64,000 bases of DNA from Planctomycetota bacterium (GTDB lineage Bacteria > Planctomycetota > UBA1135 > UBA2386): assembly GCA_965223545.1 (NCBI GenBank), contig OZ245006.1, forward strand, positions 4,640,001 to 4,704,000, written 5' to 3'. Each line of letters begins with the position of its first letter. Within the stretch, counting starts at the first letter, position 1. The notes under the pieces were generated by a model. It was not told the origin of the DNA and did no database searches. It was given only the letters and a program-made list of their open reading frames with translations. The translations under genes were made by a program, and so were the position numbers. This document shows, piece by piece, positions 30,205 through 39,439 of the stretch.

Positions 30205-32193
30205 TCAGTCGGCGCGCAGCAACAGCTCGGTCGCCAGGCGGCGCAGCTCTTCCTCGGCGTCGTTGATCGACGCGTGCTGCAGCGCGTTGCGGGCGTGGTC
30301 GTCGAGCACCCGGCCGATGGCCTGGATCGCGGCTTCGCGCACCCGCACGTCCGGGTCCTGTAGCACGATCTCGGCGAGTGCGCTGCGCGCGCGGTCGGTG
30401 CCCAGCTCGGCCAGCGTCTCGGCGGCGCGGCCGCGCACGTTGTGGGACGCGTCACCGCGCGCTGTGGCGATCAGCCGCTGCTCGGCGGAGGCGCCGCGCG
30501 CGCTGCGCATGGCGATCACCGCCGCTTCGCGCAAGCGCTCGTCGGCGTGGTCGAGGTAGGCTTGAGCGTGCGCGGCAGCCTCGGCAGAGCCGGAGTTGCC
30601 CAGGGCGTGCAGCCAGGCGTCGAGGTTGTCGCTGCCCTCGTACTGCTCCTCCAGCGCGACCAATGCGTCCAGCGCGCTGCGGCCGTCGGCCAGCGGCGCG
30701 GTGGCGCGCGGCGCGACCGTGCCCAGCACCATCAGGCCGAGGCGCCCGAGGTCGTCGCCGTCTGCCGCGGTTGCCGAGGCCAGCATGCGTTCCATCGTCG
30801 CCGGGGTCGGCTCTTGCACCTGGGTCAACGCCATCGTCGCGGCGCCGCGCAGGGCGGGCGGCACGTCGCCGTCGTGTTGGATGCGCAGCAGGGCGGCCTG
30901 CGCGCGGTCGGTGCCGGCCGCGCCGAGGGCGGTCAGCAGGGCGACGGCGGAGGACTCGTCCAGCGCACCCGGCCGCAGCCACGCCGCCACCTCGTCGGCC
31001 AGCTCGGGGCGCAGCTCGAGCAGGCGCGCGAGCTTCTCCCAGGCGTCGCGGTAGTCCTCGGTGTCCTCGGCGCCGCTGGCGGCCAGCGCCGCCATGCGGC
31101 CGATCAGATCGCGCAGCTCGACGCCCTCGAGCTCGCGCTGCCAGCTCAGCATCTCGCGCTCTTGCGCCAGGGCGAACGCGGCGTCCTGGTCGCCGCCGAC
31201 CGGCTCCCACGCGGCGTCCCAATCGACGCGCGCCAGAGTCGAGAGCGGCAGCTTGGTGCACTCTTCGAGCCGCACCGAGCCGGTGCAGCGGGCGGCGATG
31301 TCGACGTCGAGCGCGTCGAACGAGACCGTCGTGCGGTCATCGAAGTCGGCGTCGGCGAGCCAGCCCGCGGCCTCGCTGAGGCGCGCGGTCGAACGGCCCT
31401 GCACGGTGATCGTCAGGTCGCCCTGCCCGCGGGTGCGCACGTTGGGGGCGGTGTAGTGTTCGCGTTCGCGGACCAGGGTGCGATCGGCGTCCGCCACCTC
31501 CAGCCAGCGGTACGCCGCCTCGAACTCGCCGGTGTCGTCCTGATCCAGCGCCGTCCAGGTCGGCTGTTGTTCCGCCTCGTGCGGGACGATGAAGCGCAGA
31601 CCGGCGAGCACCGCGCGCACGTGCGCCTTGTGCAGGTAGGTGAAGCGCTGGGGAAACCGGTAGCCGGTGACCTGGCCCTCGGTGTCGATGCGCATCAGGG
31701 TGGGCTGTGCCAGCGCCGCACACAGCTCGTCGACCACCGGCTTCGCGGCGTCCGACGCGGCGATGCCGCGCGCCCCGTGGAGCCCCGGCAGTCGGACGGC
31801 GACCACCGCCTCCTGCTCGCGCCGGTCGAGCACCGTGAGCTGCAGCTGGCCGGCGAGGTGGGCTTGCGAGTTCTGTGCCCGGGCGCCATCGGTCCGGCGC
31901 GCCAACTCGCTGCCCACGGTGAACTCGAGGGCGTAGGAGAGCTGCTGCCCGATCGGTGCGACGTACACGCCCTCGAGCCGCGCGGCGGGGCGGCTCTGCC
32001 GGCGGTCCTGGGGGTCCTGCGCGATGGAGGAGGTCGGGGTCGCGGCCCTGGGCTGCAGCACACCGGCGATCGATGCCGGTGCCGTCGATTCCGTAGTCGC
32101 GAAGACCCAAGCAGCTCCAGTGCAAAGGGTTGTGGCGATTGTGGCGAGAGTGATCAAGGGGCGGTTCGCGGTGCGAGTCGGGCGGAGTGCCAT
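30205..32193 (-). CDS. exported protein with vitellogenin/MTP-like (LLTP N-terminal) architecture and HEAT repeats
   Basis: N-terminal anchor; beta region (…DQDDTGEFEAAY…) followed by a helical solenoid with LTALGAAGT.RAQ.AL and LHALGNSG; C-terminal HEAT repeats. Confidence 0.65.
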   Translation of the reverse strand: MALRPTRTANRPLITLATIATTLCTGAAWVFATTESTAPASIAGVLQPRAATPTSSIAQDPQDRRQSRPAARLEGVYVAPIGQQLSYALEFTVGSELARRTDGARAQNSQAHLAGQLQLTVLDRREQEAVVAVRLPGLHGARGIAASDAAKPVVDELCAALAQPTLMRIDTEGQVTGYRFPQRFTYLHKAHVRAVLAGLRFIVPHEAEQQPTWTALDQDDTGEFEAAYRWLEVADADRTLVREREHYTAPNVRTRGQGDLTITVQGRSTARLSEAAGWLADADFDDRTTVSFDALDVDIAARCTGSVRLEECTKLPLSTLARVDWDAAWEPVGGDQDAAFALAQEREMLSWQRELEGVELRDLIGRMAALAASGAEDTEDYRDAWEKLARLLELRPELADEVAAWLRPGALDESSAVALLTALGAAGTDRAQAALLRIQHDGDVPPALRGAATMALTQVQEPTPATMERMLASATAADGDDLGRLGLMVLGTVAPRATAPLADGRSALDALVALEEQYEGSDNLDAWLHALGNSGSAEAAAHAQAYLDHADERLREAAVIAMRSARGASAEQRLIATARGDASHNVRGRAAETLAELGTDRARSALAEIVLQDPDVRVREAAIQAIGRVLDDHARNALQHASINDAEEELRRLATELLLRAD

Positions 32194-32248
32194 GGTTCGT
32201 GATCCTTCGGGCAGTTGCGGTGGGCGCGGGCATCGCGCCCGTTCGCGG

Positions 32249-32281
32249 GACGGAACGCGATGCGCGAGCGGATCGACCGGC
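32249..32281 (-). promoter_or_regulatory. putative ECF-type promoter GCCGGTCGATC-N12-GCGTTCCGTC, copy B
   Basis: Both boxes and the spacer length match copy A; 56 nt from ATG 32193. Confidence 0.7.
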
Positions 32282-32416
32282 GATTCCGGTGGTTCGCGCG
32301 CCGTTTTTAGGCGGGACTCACCGCGCCTTTCTTGGGGGTTCACAAACGGGACCTAGGTTCCGCGCCGCAGCGAACGAGTCGCTGCGACTCCCCAATCCTT
32401 TGCACCGGAAACCTCA

Positions 32417-34300
32417 GTGAATCCCCGCACTCTCTATCGGTCCATCGTTCCCCTCGCCGTCGCCGCGCTGGCGCATGGCCAAGAGGTCTTGGTCAGCAAC
32501 GACATCGCGGTGTCGACGACCTGGACCGCGAACAACATCTACAACCTGCAAGACCAGATCTACGTCCTGCCCGGCGCCACGCTCACCATCGAGGCCGGCA
32601 CCGTCATCGCGAGCACGACCAACTTGGGCGGCAGCCTGGCGGTCGCGCGCGGCGCTCAGATCTTCGTCAAGGGCACCGAGCAGCGCCCCGTCATCATGAC
32701 TTCGAAGGCCGACGTCGCCACTTGGACCGGGGGCGACCCGAAGACCGGCACTTGGCGTGAGGTCGCCAACGAGTGGGGCAACCTGACCATCATGGGGTCG
32801 GCATACATCTCGGAGAACGCCACGATCGGCAATACGCCCAAGCCGAAGGCCAGCAACACCGCGGCGATGGAAGGTCTCATCGCCCAGCGCCCCGGCGATC
32901 CCAACGTCCTCTACGGCGGTGGCAACGACGATGACGACAGCGGCTCGATCAGCTACCTGTCGCTGCGCTACGGCGGCAAGGTCATCGCCTTGACGAACGA
33001 ACTCAACGGGCTGTCGCTGGGTGGCATCGGTCGCGAGACCGACATCCACCACGTCGAAATCATGAACAACGTCGACGACGGCATCGAAGTCTGGGGCGGC
33101 ACCGTCAATCTCAAGTACTTCAGCATATGGAATGTCGGCGATGACAGCTTCGACGTCGACCAGGGGTGGCGGGGCAAGGCCCAGTTCGGCCTGATCGTGC
33201 AGGGGCACAGCCTCGATGCGAGCCAGGGATCCGGTGTCGGTGACAACGCGTTCGAGACCGACGGCGCCGAGGACTCCGACTGGCAGCCGGTAACCACGGC
33301 ATCGATCTACAACTGCACCGTGATCGGTCAGCCGGCCGATGGTGACGGCTTGACCGCTTGGCGTGACAACGCCCGCGTGCAGTACCGCAACTGCATCTTC
33401 ATGGATGGCGGCGAGCAGGTCGTCCGCTTCGACGACAAGGACGGCGACGGCGCCAATGGCTACGGCTTCAACGGAACCCTGTCGTGGCCCGCGACTTGGA
33501 CCACGAGTCATACCGTGACCTCGCCGGTCAACGCGCCGGCCAACCCGGCGGCGTTCTATCGCGCGCAGACCTCCGGCATGCTGGCAGAGATCGTCGACAG
33601 CGTGTTCTACAACAACGCCCACTCCTCCGCCTACACCGAGGCGAACGCGCGCGGCGTGTTCGCGGCGGCGAACAACAACGTCCGAGAGCCCGCCAGTTCG
33701 CCGATCGTGTCGATCACGCGCGGCGCGCCGGTGCTCAAGGGCGGCAAAGTCCTGTTCCCGGTCACCTTCCTCGATCCGCGCCCTGCCGGGGACGCGCTCA
33801 GCAGCGCTGCGTTTGCCAGCGCCGACGGCTTCCTGTCGTCCGCCGCCTACCGCGGCGCGTTTGCTTCAGGCAACAACTGGCTTTGTGGATGGACGGCTTC
33901 GGAGGCCTTCGGCTTCACTCCGGCCGAGCGTTGGTGCGACCTCGGCCTCGCCACCGCCGGCGTCAATGGCGATCCGGTCCTGGCTGGTTCCGGACCGCTG
34001 ACCGCTGGCAGCACCGCGACCCTGGACCTGAGCAACGCGGCCCCGCTGACGCCGACCGCCCTCGCCATCGGCCCGGCACGCCTGAACCTGCCGATCGTCG
34101 GCGCCATCCTCGTGCCCAACGTCGCCCTCGGCGGCACGATTCCGCTGGGCACGACTGCGAGCGGCGACTTCGGCTTGAACTTCCGTTGGCCGGCGGGGGT
34201 CCCGTCCGGCGCGGCCTTCTACTTCCAGTACTTCATTCTCGACGCCGCCGGTCCGGCCGGCTTCTCGGCGTCGAACGCGGTGTCCGCCACCGCGCCTTGA
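32417..34300 (+). CDS. secreted beta-helix-type protein of the TBDR-associated family, with shared C-terminal domain
   Basis: Signal peptide; DDSGSISY, NELNGLSLGGIG and DDGIEVWGGTVN...GDDSFD.DQG motifs; first gene of the TonB locus. Confidence 0.75.
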   Translation: MNPRTLYRSIVPLAVAALAHGQEVLVSNDIAVSTTWTANNIYNLQDQIYVLPGATLTIEAGTVIASTTNLGGSLAVARGAQIFVKGTEQRPVIMTSKADVATWTGGDPKTGTWREVANEWGNLTIMGSAYISENATIGNTPKPKASNTAAMEGLIAQRPGDPNVLYGGGNDDDDSGSISYLSLRYGGKVIALTNELNGLSLGGIGRETDIHHVEIMNNVDDGIEVWGGTVNLKYFSIWNVGDDSFDVDQGWRGKAQFGLIVQGHSLDASQGSGVGDNAFETDGAEDSDWQPVTTASIYNCTVIGQPADGDGLTAWRDNARVQYRNCIFMDGGEQVVRFDDKDGDGANGYGFNGTLSWPATWTTSHTVTSPVNAPANPAAFYRAQTSGMLAEIVDSVFYNNAHSSAYTEANARGVFAAANNNVREPASSPIVSITRGAPVLKGGKVLFPVTFLDPRPAGDALSSAAFASADGFLSSAAYRGAFASGNNWLCGWTASEAFGFTPAERWCDLGLATAGVNGDPVLAGSGPLTAGSTATLDLSNAAPLTPTALAIGPARLNLPIVGAILVPNVALGGTIPLGTTASGDFGLNFRWPAGVPSGAAFYFQYFILDAAGPAGFSASNAVSATAP

Positions 34301-34432
34301 TTGCTGACTCCGACCTCCATCCGTCCGGCCAAGAGGACGGATCCTGAACCGTCGCGATGCCGTGCTGTGGCCCCATTGGCCGCCGCGCGGCTTTCCCCGC
34401 CGATTGACCCCGGTACCTCCCTCCCTCAATCC

Positions 34433-35593
34433 GTGCACTCTTCCCTCCGTTTCGCGCAACTCGCTGCGCTGTTGCTGTTCGTCTCGTGTGGTGGCCCCGA
34501 ATCTCCCAGTCCGGCCGCAGGCGCGCGCACGCTCCTGTCGCTGGCCGAACGCGCCGCGACTCTGGTGCCGGTAGATCCCCACGTAAAGACACGGGCACGG
34601 TTACAGGAGCAAGTCGCGCTCCTCTACCTGGATGCGGGCGACGTCGAGAGCGCGCGGGCGATCGCAGCCGATGTGCAGGGCTGGCGGCGCGGGTCGGTGC
34701 TCGCCGCTATCGCGGCGTCGGCGATCGAAGCTGGGCGGACCGAGGAGGCGCGCGCGGCCCTGGCCGCCGCCGACGCCACCGTCAGTACCTTGGCGCGAAA
34801 CCCGGTCGAGCAGCAATGGCGCATCGACCGGATCCGGCAGCACATCGACGCCGTCCGCTCCTTGCTCCGACCGGGAGAGGTGGCGGGCGAGGATGCGATC
34901 GCGCTCGGCATCGCGACCTCGACGCCGGAACAGGCGCGCGCTCTGCTCAGGGCTCACGAATCCGTACCCGTGACCGGCGACTTTGACGCGACCCGGCGGG
35001 TCATGGTGCTGTTTGGCCGTCTGCACGAGGATTGCACGGATCCGCAGCTGCGCGAAGAGCTGCGCCAACGCCTGCTGCAAGGTGCTGGCGACCTGCCCGG
35101 TGAGGCTAGGATCATGCTGTTCGTCGAAGTCGCCGCCGCGGCGCTGGACCACGGCGATCGCGAGGCGCCGGCGGAGCTACTGGAGCAGGCAGCACGGGTC
35201 CTCGATGGCGGCGATTGGCTGCCTGACCACCGCATTCGCCTCGCGGCGCGGATCGAAGCCACGCGCTATCGCCTCGCTGATGCGGCGCAGGTCCACAACG
35301 CGATCCGTGAGCTGTACGCCGACTATCGAGCGGCCCGCGAGCGGATTATCGACATCGACCGTGCCGACGCCCTGCGCGCGATCGGCAAGGCGCTCGCCAC
35401 CGCCGGTGACCGTGCCAGGGCGACCGAGGTCTTCGACGAAGCGCTGACCGCGGGCTTTGCCAATCCTAACGCCCGACCTCGGGCCGAGGACTTGGTCGCC
35501 ACCTGTGCGGCCTTGCTGAACAGCGCCATCACAACGCCCGTGCTGATCGACCGGGTGCGGCAACAAGTCGACGCGCTGCGCGACCCATGGTGA
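34433..35593 (+). CDS. helical-repeat putative lipoprotein
   Basis: LLLFVSC lipobox-like sequence after GTG 34433; TPR-like helices; overlaps the TBDR start. Confidence 0.6.
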   Translation: MHSSLRFAQLAALLLFVSCGGPESPSPAAGARTLLSLAERAATLVPVDPHVKTRARLQEQVALLYLDAGDVESARAIAADVQGWRRGSVLAAIAASAIEAGRTEEARAALAAADATVSTLARNPVEQQWRIDRIRQHIDAVRSLLRPGEVAGEDAIALGIATSTPEQARALLRAHESVPVTGDFDATRRVMVLFGRLHEDCTDPQLREELRQRLLQGAGDLPGEARIMLFVEVAAAALDHGDREAPAELLEQAARVLDGGDWLPDHRIRLAARIEATRYRLADAAQVHNAIRELYADYRAARERIIDIDRADALRAIGKALATAGDRARATEVFDEALTAGFANPNARPRAEDLVATCAALLNSAITTPVLIDRVRQQVDALRDPW

Positions 35594-38562
35594 TACCCGG
35601 CGCCAACCACGAGCGGAGTGGTCCGTTGTTGATCGCGTTATTCACCCTGTCGTCGTTCGCGGCCGCCCAGCAGGCCTCGCCGGGTCGGCTGCGGGGCACG
35701 GTGCGCGACGCCGAGCTGCAGTTGCCGTTGGGCAATGCACGGGTCGCGATCGTCGAACTCGGGCGCTCCACCGTCACCGACGAGGCCGGCAACTACTCGC
35801 TCGACCGGGTTTCGGCGGGAACGTACACGGTCGTCATCTCCAAGAGCGGATATGTCCGGGCGGTGCGCGCTGGCGTTGTGATCAACAGCGCGGCGATGAC
35901 CGAGATCGATGTCGCGCTGCCGCCGGTGGTGGTCGAGGTGCCGGAGTTCGTGGTCGAGGACTTGCTGGATCTTGATGCCGGCAGCGAGGTCGCCTTGCTG
36001 GATCTGCGCTTCGAGAGCCCGTCGGTAATGGACTCGATCGGTGCCGACATGATGGGACGCGCCGGTGTGTCGGATGCGGCCAGCGCGCTGCGGATCGTCG
36101 CCGGCGCGACCGTGCGCGACGGCAAGTCGGCGGTGATCCGCGGGCTGCCCGATCGCTACGTCAGCTCGCAGGTCAACGCCATGCGTTTGCCCAGTGCCGA
36201 CGAGGACAAGCGTGCGGTGGAGCTCGATCAATTCCCCGGTGCCGTGGTCGAGAGCATCCAGGTCTCCAAGACCTTCACTCCCGACCAGCAAGGCGACGCG
36301 TCGGGGGGCGCCGTCGACGTGCGGTTGGTGGGTGTGCCCAGCGTCCCGTTCTTTTTCGATCTCAAGCTGCAGACGACCTACGACTCACAGGCCACAGGCC
36401 GCAGCCGGTTCTTGACCTACGAAGGTGGGGGCGTCCACGCCTGGGGTCGCGGGGTGGAAGACCGCGCACCGCAGCTGGAGAGCCTCGGCGAGAACTGGAC
36501 CGGCGCGGTCGGCGTGCAGCGGGCCGAAGCCCCGGAGGAGTACAAGCTGTCTACCTCTCTCGGTGGCTCTCTCGACGTCGGCGACTACGTCGTCGGCGGG
36601 TTCGCCAGCTTCGTCTACGAGCGCGACAGCGCGTTCGACGATTCGGGCATCGACGATTCGATGTGGGTCGAGCGGCCCGGAGCTCCGATGACGCCCAAGG
36701 CGTTCCAGGGCAGCGTCGGCGAGGGCGACTTCAAGACCGGGTTGTTCGACGTCACGCGCGGCTCGCAATCGGTGCAGTGGGGTGGGGTCGCCGGAGTCGG
36801 CATCGCCACCGAGAGTCAGTCGATCGATCTGACCTACTTCTATACGCGAACCGCCGAGGACGCGGCGGTGCTGGCCGAGGACACTCGCGGCAAGCAGTTC
36901 TTCTTTCCCGGCCACGACCCGAACGACCCCAACACCCCCGGGCACAGCGAGCCCGATGCGGCACCCTACCTTCGGCTCGAGACCCTGCAGTACACCGAGC
37001 GCATCGCCGAGACGCTGCAGCTGCGCGGCAGCCATGAGATGGCGCTGGACCTCGGGGTCTTCGACTCGCCGACGCTGCGATGGTCGGTCGCCGACAGCGC
37101 CGCGACGGCCCGCCAACCCGACAAGCGGCAATTTGGCTCGCAGTTCCGTCCGGCGCGCAGCTTCGGGCCGCTGACGATTCCGGCGACCCAGCTTCCGTTC
37201 AAGCCGAGCGCCAACTTCACGCTCGGCAACCTGCAGCGCATCTACAAGACGATCGAGGAGGAGAGCCAGCAGTACTCCGGAGACCTCGACCTGCCCTTCG
37301 GCGACTGGGCGGATGGCGAGGGTGCCCTTCGTTTCGGCGTGTATCGCGACAAGGTGCGCCGCACGTTCGACCAAGACACGTTCAGCAATTTCGGCGACAA
37401 CAGCAGCTTCAACGCGCCGTTCGAGCAACTGTGGAGCGCGGCCTTCCCGTTCGAGAGTCACCCGATCACCGCCTCCGAGAGCGATGTCGATTACGTCGGT
37501 GATCAGCGCATCGATGCCTGGTATGCGATGACTGAGCTCCCGGTGCTGGATGACCTGACCATCGTGGGCGGCGTACGCTTCGAGTCGACCGAGATCGGCA
37601 TCGTCAACGACGCCGAATCCGAGGCGACCTGGTTTCCGGCAGGGTCGCTGGCGCAGACTCAGCTCAATCCGGGCGACGCCGACGTCGACTTTCGTCAAGC
37701 GGATGCTCTGCCCGCGATCACGTTGATCTATCGCCCGCTGGATCGACTGACCCTCCGCGCGGCCTACAGCGAGACAGTGGCGCGCCCGACGTTCAAGGAG
37801 CTCACCCCGATCTTGCAGCAGGAGTTCCTCGGTGGACCGATCTTCATCGGCAACCCGGAGCTCGGCATGAGCGCTCTGCAGAACTTCGACCTGCGCATCG
37901 ACTTCGAGCCGTACGCCGGCGGCCTCTGGTCAGCTTCGTGGTTTCGCAAGAACATCGACAAACCGATCGAGTACGTGCAGAAGATCGCGTCCTTCGATTA
38001 CACGACGGCGGAGAACTACCCGAGGGGAGTGCTGAAGGGGGTCGAGCTCGAGGCGCGTCAAGCCCTCGGCCACTACTGGGAGGGTCTCGAAGGGACCAGT
38101 ATCGGCGCCAACGCCACGTTCATCGATGCGACCGTGACGCTGCCAGCCGACGAGGCCGCCGCCTTCAATCTGCCCAACATCCAGGCACCGATGACCGAGC
38201 GCGACATGACCAACGCGCCCGAGCACTTGTACAACCTGTTCTTGACCCTCGATCTGGAGCGTACCGGAACGCGTCTCGGCCTGTTCTACACGGTGCAGGG
38301 CGACACCTTGGTTGCCGGCGCGGGCCAGTCCACAGGCAACTTCGTACCCAGTGTGTACGCGACCGGGTTCGACACCCTCAACTTCACTCTTGCGCAGCAG
38401 CTGAGCCCGTACCTCTCACTGCAGTTCCGCGCCAAGAACCTCACGAATCCAACGATCCGAGAGGTCTATCGCTCACCGTACATCGGCGGCGACGTCACCA
38501 ACACGGCCCGACGCGCCGGTACCGAGTTCTCCATCTCCATCGGTGGTGAAGTCTCGTTCTGA
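35587..38562 (+). CDS. TonB-dependent outer-membrane receptor with N-terminal carboxypeptidase-regulatory-like domain
   Basis: Plug motifs IRGLPDRY and LDQFP...ESIQVSKTF.PD; barrel motifs ARPTFKEL, GNPEL, GVELE and KNLTN; C-terminal Phe. Confidence 0.93.
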   Translation: MVIPGANHERSGPLLIALFTLSSFAAAQQASPGRLRGTVRDAELQLPLGNARVAIVELGRSTVTDEAGNYSLDRVSAGTYTVVISKSGYVRAVRAGVVINSAAMTEIDVALPPVVVEVPEFVVEDLLDLDAGSEVALLDLRFESPSVMDSIGADMMGRAGVSDAASALRIVAGATVRDGKSAVIRGLPDRYVSSQVNAMRLPSADEDKRAVELDQFPGAVVESIQVSKTFTPDQQGDASGGAVDVRLVGVPSVPFFFDLKLQTTYDSQATGRSRFLTYEGGGVHAWGRGVEDRAPQLESLGENWTGAVGVQRAEAPEEYKLSTSLGGSLDVGDYVVGGFASFVYERDSAFDDSGIDDSMWVERPGAPMTPKAFQGSVGEGDFKTGLFDVTRGSQSVQWGGVAGVGIATESQSIDLTYFYTRTAEDAAVLAEDTRGKQFFFPGHDPNDPNTPGHSEPDAAPYLRLETLQYTERIAETLQLRGSHEMALDLGVFDSPTLRWSVADSAATARQPDKRQFGSQFRPARSFGPLTIPATQLPFKPSANFTLGNLQRIYKTIEEESQQYSGDLDLPFGDWADGEGALRFGVYRDKVRRTFDQDTFSNFGDNSSFNAPFEQLWSAAFPFESHPITASESDVDYVGDQRIDAWYAMTELPVLDDLTIVGGVRFESTEIGIVNDAESEATWFPAGSLAQTQLNPGDADVDFRQADALPAITLIYRPLDRLTLRAAYSETVARPTFKELTPILQQEFLGGPIFIGNPELGMSALQNFDLRIDFEPYAGGLWSASWFRKNIDKPIEYVQKIASFDYTTAENYPRGVLKGVELEARQALGHYWEGLEGTSIGANATFIDATVTLPADEAAAFNLPNIQAPMTERDMTNAPEHLYNLFLTLDLERTGTRLGLFYTVQGDTLVAGAGQSTGNFVPSVYATGFDTLNFTLAQQLSPYLSLQFRAKNLTNPTIREVYRSPYIGGDVTNTARRAGTEFSISIGGEVSF

Positions 38563-38590
38563 CCGAGCAAGTGCCATCCAGGTCCGACCC

Positions 38591-39439
38591 ATGAATAGCT
38601 ATACTCCCCGCCGCCACGGCCCCAGGGCATTTCATCACGGGCGCGTTCTCGGCGTCGTCGCCGCACTAGTAACGAGCGCGAGCGCGGTCGCCCAAGCTCC
38701 CGGCGCAGCCAATCCGGCTGCGCGCGTCGACGAGACGCGTTCCGTACTCGAGCAATGGGTGCAGTTGCGCCGCATGATCTCGGCCGAGAAGCGCGACTGG
38801 CGTCTCGGCAAGGAGGTCTTGGAGACCCGAAGCCAAGTCCTGCAACGCGAGATCGACGACGTTCGCGAACGCATCGACGAGGCGTCGGCCAATCTCAGCG
38901 AGGCCGATCGAACCCGCGAGGAGTTACAACGGGTGCAGGAGCGACAGCGTGCGAGCCGAGATGCAATTGTCGCCGCGTTGACCGAGGCCGAAGGCGCGCT
39001 GCGCGCCTTGCTGTCCCGCCTGCCGCCACCGCTCCGCGACCGGCTGTCGGCACCGATCGCAGTGGTCGCTTCCGATGCGGGGACTGCGGCGGGCGGCGCC
39101 GCGAAGTCGGTGGCTCAGCGGATGGCCGCGGTGGTCGCCATTCTGACCGAGTGCGAGCGGTTCAACCGCGAGATCACGCTCGCGCACGAGCTGCGCGAGC
39201 TGGACGACGGCCGCAGTGCCGAGGTGCGCGTGCTGTACTTGGGACTCGGCCAGGCGTTCTACGTCACCGCCAGCGATGACGCCGCCGGCGTTGGAGCCCC
39301 CACCGAAAACGGATGGGCCTGGGTGGCGGCGAACGATGCCGCGGGGGTCATTAGAAAGGCGATCGACGTCTACGAGCAGACCTCGCCAGCGGCGTTCGTC
39401 CACCTACCCGTTTCGGTTCGAACGGGGGCAACCCGATGA
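38591..39439 (+). CDS. DUF3450 family coiled-coil protein (TtpB-like)
   Basis: Signal peptide, coiled coil, VLYLGLGQAFYV and GWAW; position in the TonB2-like order. Confidence 0.8.
   Translation: MNSYTPRRHGPRAFHHGRVLGVVAALVTSASAVAQAPGAANPAARVDETRSVLEQWVQLRRMISAEKRDWRLGKEVLETRSQVLQREIDDVRERIDEASANLSEADRTREELQRVQERQRASRDAIVAALTEAEGALRALLSRLPPPLRDRLSAPIAVVASDAGTAAGGAAKSVAQRMAAVVAILTECERFNREITLAHELRELDDGRSAEVRVLYLGLGQAFYVTASDDAAGVGAPTENGWAWVAANDAAGVIRKAIDVYEQTSPAAFVHLPVSVRTGATR

Noticed and set aside
34319..34342. 8-bp hairpin after the beta-helix gene as a terminator
   Set aside because: No U-tract; could be a stabilising stem but there is too little support.
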